From: Candidatus Eiseniibacteriota bacterium
Lineage (GTDB): Bacteria; Eisenbacteria; RBG-16-71-46; SZUA-252
Direction of reading: 5' to 3'
Assembly (NCBI GenBank): GCA_963740415.1
Contig: CAVUEC010000013.1
Location: 335,878 to 399,877 of the forward strand
DNA length: 64,000 nt
Below the pieces are notes generated by a model. It searched no databases. It saw only the letters and a list, made by a program, of their open reading frames with translations, and was not told where the DNA came from. Position numbers and translations under genes: made by a program. This document shows, piece after piece, positions 63,849-64,000 of the stretch. Positions within the stretch are counted from its first letter, which is position 1. The number at the start of each line of letters is the position of its first letter.

Positions 63849-64000
63849 TAGTAGTTAGAGGCAGTGTTCGTCAACGGGCGACTGCTCCATCGCGGAGCAT
63901 CCCTCTCGACCGCGGCTACGCAGCAGCGGCGAAACCGCCTACTGACGAACTGCCGGCAAATCGCCACACGAAGCGACTGATGCGCCGGGTGTCGCTTCGT

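Noticed and set aside
63850-64000. Cobalamin riboswitch (sequence gccacacgaag resembles the B12 box GCCACUG).
   Set aside because: The box is not exact and the other conserved B12 elements (GGUG...AAGGGAA...GUGNAANUCC) are not recognisable. Left as an unassigned leader/ncRNA candidate.

Overview
High-GC (~68-70%) bacterial chromosomal window. It reads like an uncultured-lineage metagenome-assembled genome (several proteins carry FlgD-Ig/T9SS-like C-terminal sorting domains). Core content, in order: a fatty-acid beta-oxidation cluster (fadD divergent from thiolase and the multifunctional FadB/J enzyme); an NDH-2 gene; a diheme cytochrome c; tRNA-modifying YgfZ; NAD synthetase NadE; a LOG - LuxE-like - LuxC-like cluster; a cupredoxin gene divergent from a MerR-family gene that heads a long SUF Fe-S operon (sufA-C-B-D-S-U, a Rieske ferredoxin, SufT, pterin dehydratase); ADP-forming acetyl-CoA synthetase; a PAP2 phosphatase; GH1 beta-glucosidase; oxidoreductases; M1 aminopeptidase PepN; initiator tRNA-fMet; a Ser/Thr kinase with TolB-like and TPR regions; ftsB; enolase; an ECF sigma / anti-sigma pair with a bactofilin-like membrane protein; a sensor-kinase / sigma54-regulator / outer-membrane-barrel / DUF4390 operon; rlmN; and a Ppx/GppA phosphatase.

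The most unusual locus is at 13.2-22.9 kb. A two-gene cassette (a ~200-aa secreted protein of unknown family plus a ~910-aa secreted matrixin-like metzincin with a CarbopepD_reg-like domain, a PPC domain and a C-terminal FlgD-Ig/T9SS-like sorting domain) is present twice in tandem. It is followed by a third secreted cargo protein with the same C-terminal domain. Each protease gene ends in a GC-rich terminator hairpin.

A second pervasive feature is about 29 single-nucleotide reading-frame breaks (indels). They are concentrated at 7.5-23 kb and often sit in homopolymers, so they are most likely consensus errors of an error-prone assembly rather than true pseudogenes. Coordinates for features not taken directly from the ORF track are approximate (+/- a few nt).
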